Assembly (NCBI RefSeq): GCF_009914755.1
Contig: NC_060934.1
Source: the human T2T-CHM13v2.0 reference genome, Homo sapiens
Length of the DNA stretch: 64,000 nucleotides
Reading direction: 5' to 3' (one strand)
Below are positions 1 to 14,149 of the stretch, one piece after another. The translations under genes were made by a program, and so were the position numbers. Each line of letters begins with the position of its first letter. The first letter of the stretch is position 1. Under the pieces are notes generated by a model. The model ran no database searches. It saw nothing but the letters and a program-made list of their open reading frames with translations, and had not been told where the DNA came from.

Positions 1-689
1 CATGATGAGTACTTGAGCCACTGTGTATGAAAAACATACTAATAGAGACATAGCACTCAAAACTAAGGTGAGAAATCAATTTTCAATGCCTCCAGAACAT
101 CCAAACAATACTAAATCTTTTGGTCCATTTCTGACAACAGGAAGAGCCAATTAAAAATTGCCTCTTGAAAAACCATTTCTCCCTTGGCACGAAGTATATT
201 TCTGAAGCCAATTTTGGGAAACACCCCCATTTTCCTTGTAGGTCTTCATTTTTCTGAAAGTTACTTTGTATTGTATCTCTTCCTCTTTTATTTAAAAATA
301 ATCAAGTTGATACTTATTAACTATTTTGTTTCTTGCTTTATTATTCATAGATATCAAGGTTATGCTTGCAGTCAAAAAAGATATATTAAAAATATTGTGT
401 GGTCATTTAAGAACTCAGTCATATAAGTTTTGAGTATACAGTATTGCAATACATATAATTGTTTTCTAAAATGTTCAAAATTAAGATATTTGGTTATAAC
501 AATTTAAAAATTAGATATTTTGAAAAATGATAAAGATCTGTTTTGCCAGGTTTTATTGTCAAAAGGTAATTTAGCTACCTAACTGTGGCCATATCTTTCT
601 CCTCTATAAAGCCAATGTTTCAAAATTTGTTTTTGCTTAGTAATTCCATTTCTTCAGCTCTAATATAGTTGGTAGCCTACAGTGCCCAG

Positions 690-2012
690 TGAAAACATTC
701 CACATCAAGGTCATCAAATGTCTTCTGTATTTCTAAATTCAATGGTGTTTTATAAAATTGTCATCTTGAGCTTTCTTCAGTGTTTGTCAGAGCCACTCAC
801 TATTTCTCTCTGAAACACTTTTCTTTGCTTCCACTAAACCATGTCTTTTTATTTATTCCTTCTAAATTTCTGACTCCTTTGAAGATTCATTTACTTAACG
901 ACCATTACATTTTAACATATGTCAGGACAGTGCAAGGCCCCTTTATCTTTCCTCTTCAGAATCTCTCCTTAAAAAAAGGTACCATAATGTTAACATTTAC
1001 ATGGGTGTCTTTTCAATATATGACTCTAGTCCAGACTTTTCTTTTAAACTAAGTACCAATATAACCAACTGCCTATTAATCATCTCTTTGCATGTGTCAA
1101 AATTACTTCAAGCTCAATATATGCTACATTAAAGACATAATTTATCTCCTTCTGGGAATCAAATTCTCTCCAGAGTTCTCAAATATCATGGTTGGGATAC
1201 TATGCGTTTATTGCCCCCAAGCTGAAACATAGGAATCATATTTGATAACTTCCACTTCTGTATTAAATTTGTCACTAAATCCTTTTGATTTTACTTTCAA
1301 ACTACATCTCACAAATCCATTCATGTATTCTCTGTCTACATTTCCCATCTGGATGTGGCCTTTTGCATGAGATGATATGAAACTGCACCCTAAAGGGCAA
1401 TTCTTCATCATCTATTAGCTCCTCCAACAGTTCTGTGCACAGTACCTGAAAAAATCTTTTGAAAATGCAAATGTGGATATGTGTTGCCAATTTTTCCTAA
1501 GATAAAAAACACAATTCTTATCAAAATCTAAAATTTCTGCAAGAATTGGCACCTGGTTACCACACCAGGCAATTTGAACCTCTTTTTCTCTCTCAATTAC
1601 TGTGTTTCCACCACTCAGACCATGATTTATCTCACATCAGGGCATCTGCCTTTCCCTTAACTCAGAATATATCAGCAACCCTCCTCCCACTCCCTCTGCT
1701 TAGTAAACTGCAGTACCTACCATCAATCTCAACTCAGTGATCCTATAAATAATTTCAACTCTCCTTGTAATGTGCTTCCTTATATACCCATATTTTTATT
1801 TAAATAAATTATTAATGTATAATTAAATTGTTGTGTGATTATTCAATTAACATCTGTCTTCCTCACTAAATTGCAAGATTCATGAAGTCAAATTCAAGAC
1901 ATTTGCTTAACCTGTTATCCATAGGAAATAAAATAGCGCTTGGCCCCAAATAGGTACTTAAACATTTTAAAATCAGTGAATATGCAAATGAATAAGAAAC
2001 TGAATGAATAAA
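690..2012 (+). mobile_element. Degraded L2 LINE (3' part)
   Basis: L2-like motifs (ccagacttttc...ccaactgcctatt, ctgaaacacttttc) ending in the L2 3' terminus aatgaataag...tgaatgaataa. Boundaries approximate. Confidence 0.6.
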
Positions 2013-3089
2013 TATAAAATTTCAACCCTAGAACAGTATTCAAACTATTAATTATATTCCTAAAATTTAGGCCACTTTAATCTCATTGAATCTTCTAGTC
2101 TCTATGAATTCAATCTCACCATTGAAGTTTCTTTTAGTTTCTAGTATTCATTTAGATATTATGATATAAAAATATACTGAACAGTTACTTTATAATAAAT
2201 AATTACTTAAGGCAAAAGGCAAAAGTAAGAAGAAACTGTATACTATCATTAAAATATATTTACATTTTTGCATAAATGAGAAAGTAGTTCTGCATTTAAA
2301 AGTTGACTGGATAATACTAACGCTCTCAAAGGGAGGAATACACCTTGAAATTTTTTTTTTATAATTACAAAGTGGAACTTTAATAGCAATAACTTATGCT
2401 ACAACTTGTTTAAAAGAAAAATAAACGTGTCTATTATAAGGAAAAAATTAGGTGAGATGCAATACACAAACTTATTTCTTCACCTTTGCTAATTGTGACC
2501 CCACTCTTACAATATTTACAGTCATATTTTCTATGGGCCTCACTTTCCATTTATATGGGGAAAAATAAATTACATTGCAAATGGCAAGTTCTGCTCTTAT
2601 TTGCAAAATATATAAAGAAATGATGCTTATAACCAGACCAGAGTGCTGCTCTTCAATAAAATATTTTTTGTACTAGTGAGCAGCACTTCTATACAGTGAA
2701 AAAATGAAAAAATGAAAAGATCAGAGAAATAAAAATATATTTTAGAAAGAGGATGTTATATTCATTTTGCTACAAGCTACAATGCAAAACGTATAGTCTT
2801 GTCTTTCTAATTCATTGAATAACAAAGAAATCAGCATGTTGATTATAATGAATAAAAAATGTTTCTTTAGACTACTCTGATCAGATACCTTACCAGAGAC
2901 ACATGCTACTTTACTATATTTAATAACTGAGTAACTGTAAAAATACTTTTTTAATTGAAATTAGTCCTCCAAGCATCACACTATATAAAATGTTTCTTTT
3001 ATGAGAAATACTTAAAACTATTGTGTCGCCATGTCCTCAGTTCCACAGTGTCAGATAAAAATTTTCTCAATTTAATATTGTCTGTCTCT

Positions 3090-3341
3090 GGCTAGGCGCA
3101 GTGGCTCACACCCGTAATCTCAGCACTTTGGGAGGCCGAGGCGGGCAGATCACTTGAGGTCAGGAGTTCAAGATCAGCCTGAGCAACATGGTGAAACCCC
3201 ATCTCTACTAAGAATATAAAAATTAGCTGGATGTGATGGTGTGTGCATGTAGTCCCAGCTGCTTGGGAGGTTGAGGTGAGGGGATCACTTGAGCCCAGCT
3301 ACCTGGGAGGCTGAGGTTGCAGTGAGCCAAGATCCCACCAC
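3090..3341 (+). mobile_element. Alu (old S/J type), 3'-truncated, no poly(A) tail
   Basis: Starts ggctaggcgcagtggctcac and stops at gagccaagatcccaccac. Confidence 0.95.
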
Positions 3342-3905
3342 ATTTTACACTTAAAATATATTTAAATTTATATTTTAAATTTATTTGTAATATAAATTTA
3401 AAATCTAGTTAGTCTATCTCTTCTTTCTTGGCCAGTAGGCTCCACAGAGAACACTTTTGCTGTCGATCTCCTACCACAGGGACTTATTCTACCTCAATGC
3501 CTCACTAAACTCATTTACATTATTTATTCATTATAGAGACACAAAGCCTGGAAAACGCAGACATACTTTTATAAAACACAATCAACCCACTTTTCCCAGC
3601 AGTGTATTTAGGAGGTGGGTTTGAGTACTGAGCGCTGTTCAATGTACTTAGGAAGTCCAGTCAAAAATAAGCGAGGATAGGTCCAATTGCTGGGTCCTTG
3701 GCAAGATTATGTTATATGGTCAACCGTTACTGACAAAGAGAGTGTCTGTCATGGTCCTGGCGGAAAACAGAAAATCCACTAAAACTGGGTAATTTATGAA
3801 GAGTTTAATATAGTAACTATGTGAAAGATTTGGACAGAGAATGAGGAAACCACAGGAGAAGGTTGTTCCCTGCAGCTAGTATCAGTGGGCCAGTTCTGAT
3901 TGTCC

Positions 3906-5067
3906 TGCAGCAGATGCGCTAGGTGCCTTGTTTTATGTCCCCTGAACCTACCTTTGATTTCAGCTTAGGGAAGCTCGACAGTTCTGTGCACACTGCAACC
4001 CCTCTTCATTTGTGTTTTGGAATTTTTCAGAACCCACAGGAGATCTATGAGGGTAAAAACTGCATAGAAGAGCAGGGGAGTTAATATTCTAGAATAAATG
4101 GGGTGGGCTGGGAATTTGTAAGGGCCTATGCTTTCCATCCTTCAGAGAGAAAATCCAGAAGAACATTCTACACGGTTCCTTAAAAAGTTCTCAGCAGGCT
4201 TGAGTTGTAATTGACCAAATTTTAACCACCTCAATGACCTTTTTTTTTTAAAAAAAAAAAAAAAAAGACTGTGGGTACAAACTAGGTGTATATATTTGTG
4301 GGAAACATGAGATATTTTGATACAGGCATACAATGCGTAATAATCACATCAGGGTAAATGTATTTAGCACCTCAAGCCCTTATCTTTTCTTTGTGTTAAA
4401 AACAATCCAATTACACTCTCCTAGTTACTTTATAATGTACAATAAATTGCTGTTAACTGTAATCACTCTTTTGTGCTATGAAATAATAGATCTTATTTAT
4501 TCTATCTAACTATATTTTTGTACCCATTAACCATCCACTCTTCCCTAGAACCCATCAACCTTCCCCAGCCCCCGGTAACTGGCATTCCACTCTTTATCTC
4601 CATGAGTTCAATTGTTTTAAGTTTTAGCTCCCACAAATGAGTGAGAACATGTAAAGTATGTCTTTCTGTGCCTGGCTTATTTCACTTAACCCAGTAACCA
4701 TCATAAACATTTTTGCAAATGACAAGATCTCGTTCTTTCTTGTGGTTGAGTAGTACTTCATTGTGTATATGTACCAACTTTTCTTTATGCATTCATCTGT
4801 TGATGGACACAGGTTGCTTCCAAATCTGGGCTATTGTGAACAGTGTTGCAATAAACACAGAAGTGTGGACATCTCAATATACTGATTTCCTTTCTTTTGG
4901 GTATATACCTAGCAGTGGGATTGCTGGATCACATGAACCAAATAATCCAGTAACATACCTTTTATTGATTTTCTCTTCTGTCTTGTCTTGATTCTGGGAT
5001 AATTTCTAATAAACTCCTTCTAATCATATATTTTTCTCAATTCTTCATGGGAGAAAAAAATAAGATA
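3906..5067 (+). mobile_element. LTR16-family solo LTR (ERVL), interrupted by L1MA
   Basis: Start tgcagcagatgcgctaggtgcc; internal ttctacacggttcc; 3' end ctgggataatttctaataaactcc...taagata. Confidence 0.65.
4240..4935 (-). mobile_element. L1MA/L1PB-type 3' end, 5'-truncated
   Basis: gtgggtacaaactaggtgtatatatttgtgggaaacatgagatattttgatacaggcat ... agcagtgggattgctggatcacatg. Confidence 0.9.
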
Positions 5068-6401
5068 CACCCCTGGGCCCTAATGAGTAAGAGTATAAAG
5101 CAGTTACACTCACACACACACACAGAGGGAGAGAGGGAGAGAAGTGAGTGCAAAAAGCTATCAGATAAAAGTTCTAACATTAGTCAAAGAAGGTATGTGT
5201 ATGCATCTATCACAAAGAGAAAAAAGGGAAATAGAGACCCCAACTTTACTTTCTTCCTTTTCTCAAGACTGCTGGCCTTCCCTATTGGCCAAATCAACCA
5301 AATTTCAAAAGACAGACAAATGTATTTGTGTAGTTCCTACAAGTCAGCCACAGAAGAAAGGGGCAAATAGAACACCTCCATTCAGCACAATGCAGAAATC
5401 TACATTCCAAACCCAAATTAATTATGCCTCCTTCTACTTTCTCCCATAACTCTATTTCCCCTCTTGCTGTTCTAATATAGTTTAACTTATATGATAATAC
5501 TAATGGGAGTGTATTATGTGTGTAAAATATAGTTTGGAAAAATAACACAATATCTTCCCATCTATATATGTTGAGCAACTTTTTCCTGTTTTATGAATGC
5601 ACTTAAGTTCAGTATCTCCAGAGATTAAAGATGAGATAATTGCTAATTAAAATAATAACTGGAAACATTTCTACCATAAAAATACATTTTGTTGCCTGAC
5701 AGTGTAATATGTGAATGCTTAAATCCAAATATGTAAATCACATGTATTATTGAATAAGCATGTTCAAAAGTAGAATATCCTCTATATGCCCAAGAGAAAT
5801 TTTACAATAATATGTCTTTGGAGCTTTAAGTATTCAATAAATTATTATCTAGTGGCTACAACATGTAAACTTTGACTTTGAGGGAATATAAATATATAAC
5901 ATACAGTAATCTTTAAGGACAATTATAATGGGATAGTATACCTCCGAAGGCCTATTAGAGCTGAATAAAAACTCAGTGGTCTATAGACTAATTGTTCTGT
6001 GTTCAGTAGTGAGATGATGGGAAAAGTGTTCCCACAATTATCAGATTTTAATTTTATATCAGTGGCCAGCTGACACTCTTAACTCTGAATTAGCTGACAT
6101 TTATTGTTAGCTCTCATATAATGGACAAATTAACATATTAAAAAACCTTCAAAGTAAGCAACAATTTAACATTTATATTTGTACTCCAAAACAGCAGTAA
6201 AGACTAGAAATTGGGAATGTTATTTTCAAATAAACTTGAGGTAAGAAGAAATTTGTCTTGAAGAGTAACCAATTTTCATCTACCCATTAACCTATTGATG
6301 TTTAGAGGCCAGTAATATTTTAAGATTAATTTTGCATTGCAGTATAATCTGGAAAAAATTAATGCGAAAAAGTTGATCTATGATGAACATTTAGGGAACC
6401 A

Positions 6402-6728
6402 CAGTTGTCTTTCAGTACAAAGAGCGGGGATTGATTCTAGGACCATCACAGATACCAAAATTCATAGATGCTCGAGTCACGGATATAAAATGATGTTGTA
6501 TTTGCACCTAACCTATGCATATCCTCCCTTATACTTGAAATCTTCTCTAGGTTATTTTTAATACCTAATACAATGAAGACATTTTGTAATTAATTGTAAT
6601 ACTGTATTCTTCTTTTTATTATTTTATATTGTTGTATTGTTATTTTTTATTGTTTGTTTTCAAGTATTTTCAATCTGTGGTTGGTTGAATCAGCAGATGT
6701 GGAACCCAGGGATACTGAGGAATAACTG
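6402..6728. mobile_element. MER2 DNA transposon (TcMar-Tigger MITE)
   Basis: Degenerate TIRs cagttgtctttcagta / gatactgaggaataactg-ta; internal gataccaaaattcatagatgctc and tggttgaatcagcagatgtggaaccc. Confidence 0.85.
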
Positions 6729-7524
6729 TACTGCAATAGTCTATGAATAAGGAAATAAATGTGTCTGAATGAGGATAAGGTAGGGATAAAGAAAAGAAGC
6801 ACTATTTGAAGAAACTTTTTAAAGAAATGAAACAATTGTTATCTCTAAAACTTTTAGGTTTGGAAGTCAAGTGCTTTATAAAAATAATAGTTAGAATAAT
6901 GTGATAAATATCTTTTGTTTTTCAAGAGCAGCTAGAACATTTTGTTGACATTGAGGCTAGATGTTGTGGAATTCCCAAATTATGTTAGCACACTGATAAA
7001 ATATATACCTCGTATAGGATAAAATACTGTGGATTTCTCTAGTGTATCTTAGAATATAATACATGGCATAATTTAATATAGTTTTCTTTTCTCAGCAGAA
7101 AACATCCATTATCAAGTATCATAACAAAAACCACAATGCTATCAATTCACAAGATCCCATAAGTAATTTTATTCTTTTAATTGTATTCAAAACTATCTTA
7201 TTTTGCAGCTCTTTATCACCTTTAAAGAAATGCTCTAAATCTTTTTTTATTATAATATTACATTATCAATCACTGACACGAAGTCATGAGATTTTAAAGT
7301 TCTAGATGACCTAATAGTCAATTCCTTTTTATTACAGACGAATACATTTATTTCCACTGAACTTACATCAAGAAGTTAATATAATAAACTCTAATTCCCA
7401 GTTTAAACATTTACCCAGAAATTACATGTAGATATTTAATCCTCTCACTTCAAACATAATACAACATTTGAACTCATGTGTTTTTGTTTGTTTGTTTGTT
7501 TGTTTTTAACAAGCCACCTTTATT

Positions 7525-7898
7525 TTTTAGGAGACAATTCTCCATGGTTCTCTTGCATTTTACATGACTTTCAAATGAGACATGGACTACCCCTTTTTTT
7601 TTCCTTAGATTTTTTTCAAGTTCGTTTTCATAGCAAACAACTGAAAACAACTCAGGGTCTAGACCTGTAACAAACTGCACTGTGTGCAAGTGCCATCTGG
7701 CCCTCTTCATGTTAACTGGGGCTAGGAGAATCACACAAAAATTCTGATGCTGTGACTCCTGCTGTACTAAGAAATAAACTGCCCTTTGTCTCTGACCCAG
7801 GAATCCTGCATCTGTTGCCAGTATTCATGAAACTGTGGCCAACTAATTTGTCAGTCTGAAAGTAGAGCAACCTCTCATACCCTTCAGAGTTCTTGGCA
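7525..7898 (+). mobile_element. ERV1-class solo LTR (MER67-like)
   Basis: ggagacaattctccatgg start, aataaa...tttgtctctgacccagga, ends ttcttggca. Confidence 0.65.
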
Positions 7899-8235
7899 CT
7901 TCTTCTCACTTCTGTAAATTAATCCAGTCTTAAAAGCCTAAAACAAAAGTCATCTGTAATAGTATGTTGAAGTGGAATTATTTCTGTTTCAATACTCAAC
8001 ACAATGTCAATAGAATAGATATTAAGAATAAAAAAAACCATAAGACACACATAAATTGCATTACTAGAAGGGAAGTAAAAGAAACTCTTTACTACTCTTG
8101 AACCCCCAGCCAAATCAAGGTAACAGAAAGAAGTCACAAAAGAGCTATGTCATTTTTGGAAATTCTCAGCAGAGTAAGTGATACTGAGTGTCTTTATTTC
8201 CTCTCAAAGAAAATCGTAGTGGATTAATATTTTCT

Positions 8236-8285
8236 CCCTCTCTCTCTATATAATATATATGTATAATTATATATATATATATAAT
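8236..8285. repeat. (CT)n(TA)n microsatellite
   Basis: Seen directly in the sequence. Confidence 0.85.
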
Positions 8286-8732
8286 TTCTTCTCCTTCCAC
8301 TCTTCATATAATATTCAATTAATCAATTTGAATAAGCTTGGATTCAGGCACTTTTATTGAGCACTTACTATGCAAATACTCCATGCAAATAATTTAGGGA
8401 AACAAAGAGAATAAATAATCCCTTTCTACAAATAGCTGATGAGGGGATTTGGGCATGTAATAGTAATTAATTGAAACACAGAGTGTAGTAAATGCTGAAA
8501 AGATGGATAAATATAAAGTAATGAGAATGCAAAAAAAAAAAGAAGACTTGATTTCACCTGGAAGATGGATGCAAATTTTTTAATGGGCTTTGAAAGCATT
8601 GGTTAGATTTTAAATGAGTATGTTGTAATAGGAGAGAAAGACAAGCAAAACAAAGGGAAAAACAGATATATGGTTAAGGGATTTATTTGTTAATCTATTA
8701 CTACATTTTTTTCATTTATCCTTAGATAATTT

Positions 8733-9312
8733 TGTGAAAGGGAAATACATCTTGGGATCTCAAACTCATTAAGCCAGAGGGAAAAGTCAAGCTGGGAACT
8801 GGGTCACACAAATCTGCATTCGCCTTTTCGTTCCTAAATAAGATGGCTACAAGATGAAAGGATATACACCTCCCTCATGTTTTACAGATGAGAAAATTCT
8901 AGTGGGCTCCAAGATCTTAACTGTAAAGGTTTTCTGTTAAAATTTACCATGACAATGTAAATTGATGCCTTATCTTCACAGGTGCATAGGACAGAACTCA
9001 AAGTCATCTCTCTGCCCACCTCCCACAAATGCATATCTGACTGTACCCCTTGCCCTATTATCTATCTTATCTTACGCAAAAATGCAGATTCACAGAGCCA
9101 GGCAAAGGCATAAATGACTATTGCCCCCTACCCACCTCTTACATGCAAAATGTTTATTTCTCAATATCCCACCATTTCCCTTTTACATTTGGAGCTCTCA
9201 AAATCATCTTCAGAGAAAGGCATAGACTTGTCTCCCAGGTGTGTTCTTAACTTCGGCAAATAAACTTCCTGAAATGATTGAGATTTGTCTAGGTCATTGT
9301 TCTTGATTGACA
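8733..9312 (+). mobile_element. MER4A-type solo LTR (ERV1)
   Basis: TG...CA termini (tgtgaaagggaaatacatcttggga ... cttgattgaca), AATAAA near 9259, 4-bp TSD ATTT at 8729-8732 and 9313-9316. Confidence 0.9.
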
Positions 9313-10029
9313 ATTTCAACATTCTTTATATCTAACCTTTGTTCAGTTCAATCTATCTTGTTACTCTTCCACCACAAATATGTTACTAAACCATCTCTTT
9401 CTGGTATTATTTTTCTCCAAAAGACTTAACATGGTGTTTCTCTGATGGGGGACATTTAGAACCTCACAAAATGACTTCCCTCTTTAGCTTTCTCACATTA
9501 ACTACTGTTATTTTCCACCAAAAAGTTACTGAATACTATGTGTAAGTTTGAAACGTTTATTGGAAATAAGAAGGGATGGAGAGGAGCAAGTCACAATGGT
9601 AAATTATAGGATGTGTTCGGGTGTCTTTCTCTCCATCATCCTTCAGAATTTGGTCTTTTTTGAAGGTTTTCTCAATCCTATTTTTCCCTGATTACCCCTG
9701 AAAGAAGTGAGTCTTGACCTTTAGAATATCCCCATAATATGTTAAAATAAAACTTTAAAATCTCAAATTAAAGTATAGATATTCTTCTTTCAAAACAATA
9801 GCATAAATGTCTGGCTGTTGTTGTAGATGTTGGGTTCATGGGCAAGTTCAATTTGTGAAAATCCAATAAGTGATGTAAATCTGTGTACTTTTCTATATGT
9901 ATCTTGAACATCAATTAAGAACATACCGTCACTTGTGAAGAAAGGCACATTAAGAAGTAATAAATGGGTCTGCATATTTGCTAACTGTTCTTTTATTATA
10001 GTAAATTTGTTTCAATCATGGCTATTTAA

Positions 10030-10775
<746 letters not shown>

Positions 10776-10832
10776 ATTTTAAATCATTATCTCAGAAAAA
10801 TAACTTTGTAAGATATTTATTTTATTTGATAA

Positions 10833-11023
<191 letters not shown>

Positions 11024-11069
11024 ATGAATTTTATTTTTCAAGGCTCAGAAAAAACTTACTTTATTTTTA

Positions 11070-11385
11070 TTGTTTTATTGTATTTATTTATATACATATT
11101 TTTTTGATAAGGAGTCTTGCTCTGTCGCCCAGGCTGGAGTGCAGTGGCTCCATCGCCGCTCACTGCAAGCTCCGCCTCCCAAATTCACGCCATTCTCCTG
11201 CCTCAGCCTCCTGAGTAGCTGGGACTGCAGGCGCCCGCCACCACGCCCGGCGAAGTTTTTGCATTTTTACTGGAGATGGGGTTTCACCATGTTAGCCGGG
11301 ATGGTCTCAATCTCCTGACCTTGTGATCTGCCCGGCCTCTGCCTCCCAAAGTGCTGGGATTACAGGCATGAGCCACCGCGCCCGG
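11070..11385 (-). mobile_element. AluY, full length
   Basis: Y diagnostics (caagctccgcc, ttcacgccattc, gttagccgggatggtctc), CpG-rich. Confidence 0.95.
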
Positions 11386-11899
11386 TTTATTGCTTACAGT
11401 GACAGTTGATTTCCATAATGGTTAAAATAATGGTAACTTAAGTGTGTACCTCTTGTTTTGTGAAGAAAACTAATATTCAAATAAAACAAACGCAGTGTAG
11501 ATAAAATCCCAATGCCAATTTAGAACGTTGTCGGTAGAAAAACATTTTAATATTTAATTTTAACACACAACATCTTTGAAAAACTACAATTTTACATGTA
11601 AAGTCTAGATAAATTTTGTAATTACAATAAAATAAGCATGAATTTTTAAAAGATGCTGTGAAATAAACTAGTATACAAATTCTAGATCGACTATTAATCT
11701 TCCTCACCACACACACACAGACACACACACAAGTGTTTGCTAAGATGAAAGGCAATATTTCTGCTATTTATATCTCATTATTTGAAATGGCAGACCTATT
11801 TGTTTCCTGCCTTCTTAAAATCTAATTTACTTACTGCTACAATAAACACAGGCTTCTCTGATTATTTGCATCCACACACAGTGTCTCAAATATCCTATA

Positions 11900-12665
11900 T
11901 TTGTGTATAACTGTGTACACATATACACACATATTCATATATATATTCTTTCATATATATATACACACACACTCATATATATATGCCTATATATATATAT
12001 TCCTTCCTATATATATACATGTATATATGTATGTGAGTGTGTGTCTGTATACATCTGGACCTGTGGGTCTGGAGTTTACATCTGAATCAGAGAAAGAGAT
12101 TTTATATATATGATATATATCTGTCTCTCATATATATAATCTTTTTATATATGTATATATAAAATCTCTTTCTCTGATACAGATGTATATCTGTGTACAC
12201 ACACTCATATATATATAGGAAGGAATATACATATATATATAGGAAGGAATATATATATATATATAGGAAGGAATATATATAGAGAGAGGAAGGAATATAT
12301 ATAGAGAGAGGAAGGAATATATATATATATAATAGGAAGGAATATATATTTCTTTCTCTGATTCAGATATGTATCTGTGTACACACACACTCATATATAT
12401 AGGAAGGAGTATATATATATGAATATATATATGGGATGGAATATATATATATATATTCCCATATATAGGAAGAAATATATATGTATATTTATATGAGTGT
12501 GTGTGTGTACACAGATATACATCTGAATCAGATTTCATATATATATAGAAAGAGATAAAGGGATAATATATTATATATATATATACACATATATATATAC
12601 ACACACACATATATAATCTTTTTCTGATTCAGATGTAAATTCCATACCCACAGGTCCAGATGTGT
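11900..12665. repeat. Complex (TA)n/(CA)n/AGGAAGGAAT(AT)n tandem and inverted repeat
   Basis: About 6 AGGAAGGAATATA units (12216-12350) and five copies of TCTGATTCAGAT in both orientations. Confidence 0.95.
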
Positions 12666-13265
12666 AACCAGTGATATCATATACATATCTCATTAGCACA
12701 TGAAATCTAACAGGTTTAGAACTGAACTCATCTTCCTCTTGCTTTCTTCCTCTATGTACCCCATCTCAAGAAACTGCATTATTATTTATTTGGTCAACTG
12801 ACTTAGAAATCTAAGAATTATCCTTACTTCCTTATATTCTTGAAAGCTCATGCCTAATTGGCATGCATTCCCATCAGCTCTACCTTTATACACTCATGAG
12901 TGTGATCCCCTCCTGCCATTCCCACTGCCACTGGGTTTGCTTTATTTCAGGCCTTCATTATTTCTATTCTAGATTGCAGTGACAACCTCTTAACTTGGCT
13001 GCCTGCCAGTAGTCACTGCTGTTCCTCTTTAACTCCTTCTCCAGGCTGTGGCAAAACCATGTTTTTTTTTAATCAAAACAGGATTTTTAAACATCTCCTT
13101 GACAGCAGAATCTGATTATATGACTCTTCTACTTAAGGTTTCCAGTGTCCATGGGATAAAATCTAAATCCTTTAGGAGGCATACAACCTCTCTCCCTGTA
13201 TCTCTAATACCTTTTAATGTCTCTTTTCATACATTATGTTGTAGCCATACCCCAATTCTAGTAGT
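12665..13265 (+). mobile_element. L2 fragment
   Basis: aactgaactcatcttcc, ccattcccactgccac, caggccttcattatttc, gggataaaatctaaatcc. Confidence 0.75.
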
Positions 13266-14149
13266 TCTGTGTACGTATGCATGTGTGTGTGACTGTATAT
13301 GTGTGTTGAGTGAAAATAACAGCAACAAAGAAAGAGAGATTGAAAGATGAAGAGACAGAGAAAGAGAAGAAATGAAGAGACAGAGAAACCAAAATTTCAT
13401 TGTACTTTTTGATCTGGCTCATGAGATTTCAGATGGTTTTATGTTCTTCTTTGTGTTCCCTCCTATTTTCCATAATTTCTCAATTGTCATGTGTGTTTTG
13501 CAATTAGAGAAATAATCTAGCCTTACATGACACAACTGAATATTTGAAAACTGCATAGTTTTTGTTTCATTTTAAAGTCCACCTCATCTATTTACAGCCA
13601 TTCTTTAAAACCATATGACAAATTGACTTTAATCATTTTGAAAATTATTATAGTCAGTTACTTTTAGAACTCCTACATTCTTATAATTCTTCTGTGAATA
13701 AATATTTACTTCAAGACAAAATATGTAGATTAATTATAGCTTAGTATGACCTTTATAAATATTGGAGGAGTTACAAAATATATATTTTATCAAAGACTAT
13801 ACTCTTAGAATGCAATAACAGATTTTATAACTTATTTATACTTGTATAGAAGAGTTACATAAATATAATATAGTTTATTCAATACCATGTGATTAGAAAT
13901 TGAAGTTTCATGATGGTTTTGATATTTAGTATATATTAAATGCTTTCTACAACATAAAACAGAAAGGTTCCTGTGATTGAGGTACAGATCAAGTGTAAGG
14001 GGACTTTAGAGTCAGTAAAGATTATAAGATTACATTTGATTTTTACTTTATTTATTTATAAGTCATTTCACAATACTTTGTTAGACTGGCAGAATATTAA
14101 GATGAAAAAAATACCTGGAGTAAAATTTAGTTTGAATGAAATTTTGACA

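Larger units (their letters stand above)
3747..5372. mobile_element. Ancient ERVL-class LTR (LTR33-like), split by nested LTR16 and L1
   Basis: tgtcatggtcctggcggaaaacagaaaatccactaaaactgggtaattt (3747-3900) resumes after 5068 (cacccctgggcc... cctattggccaaatcaacc... gggcaaatagaa). Family is from recall. Confidence 0.5.

Noticed and set aside
12216-12420. AGGAAGGAAT units with spacers as a CRISPR-like array
   Set aside because: Spacers are just (TA)n, there are no cas genes, and the context is a primate genome.
12128-12610. 160-aa ORF and neighbouring Y/I-rich ORFs
   Set aside because: Translation of (TA)n/(CA)n repeats.
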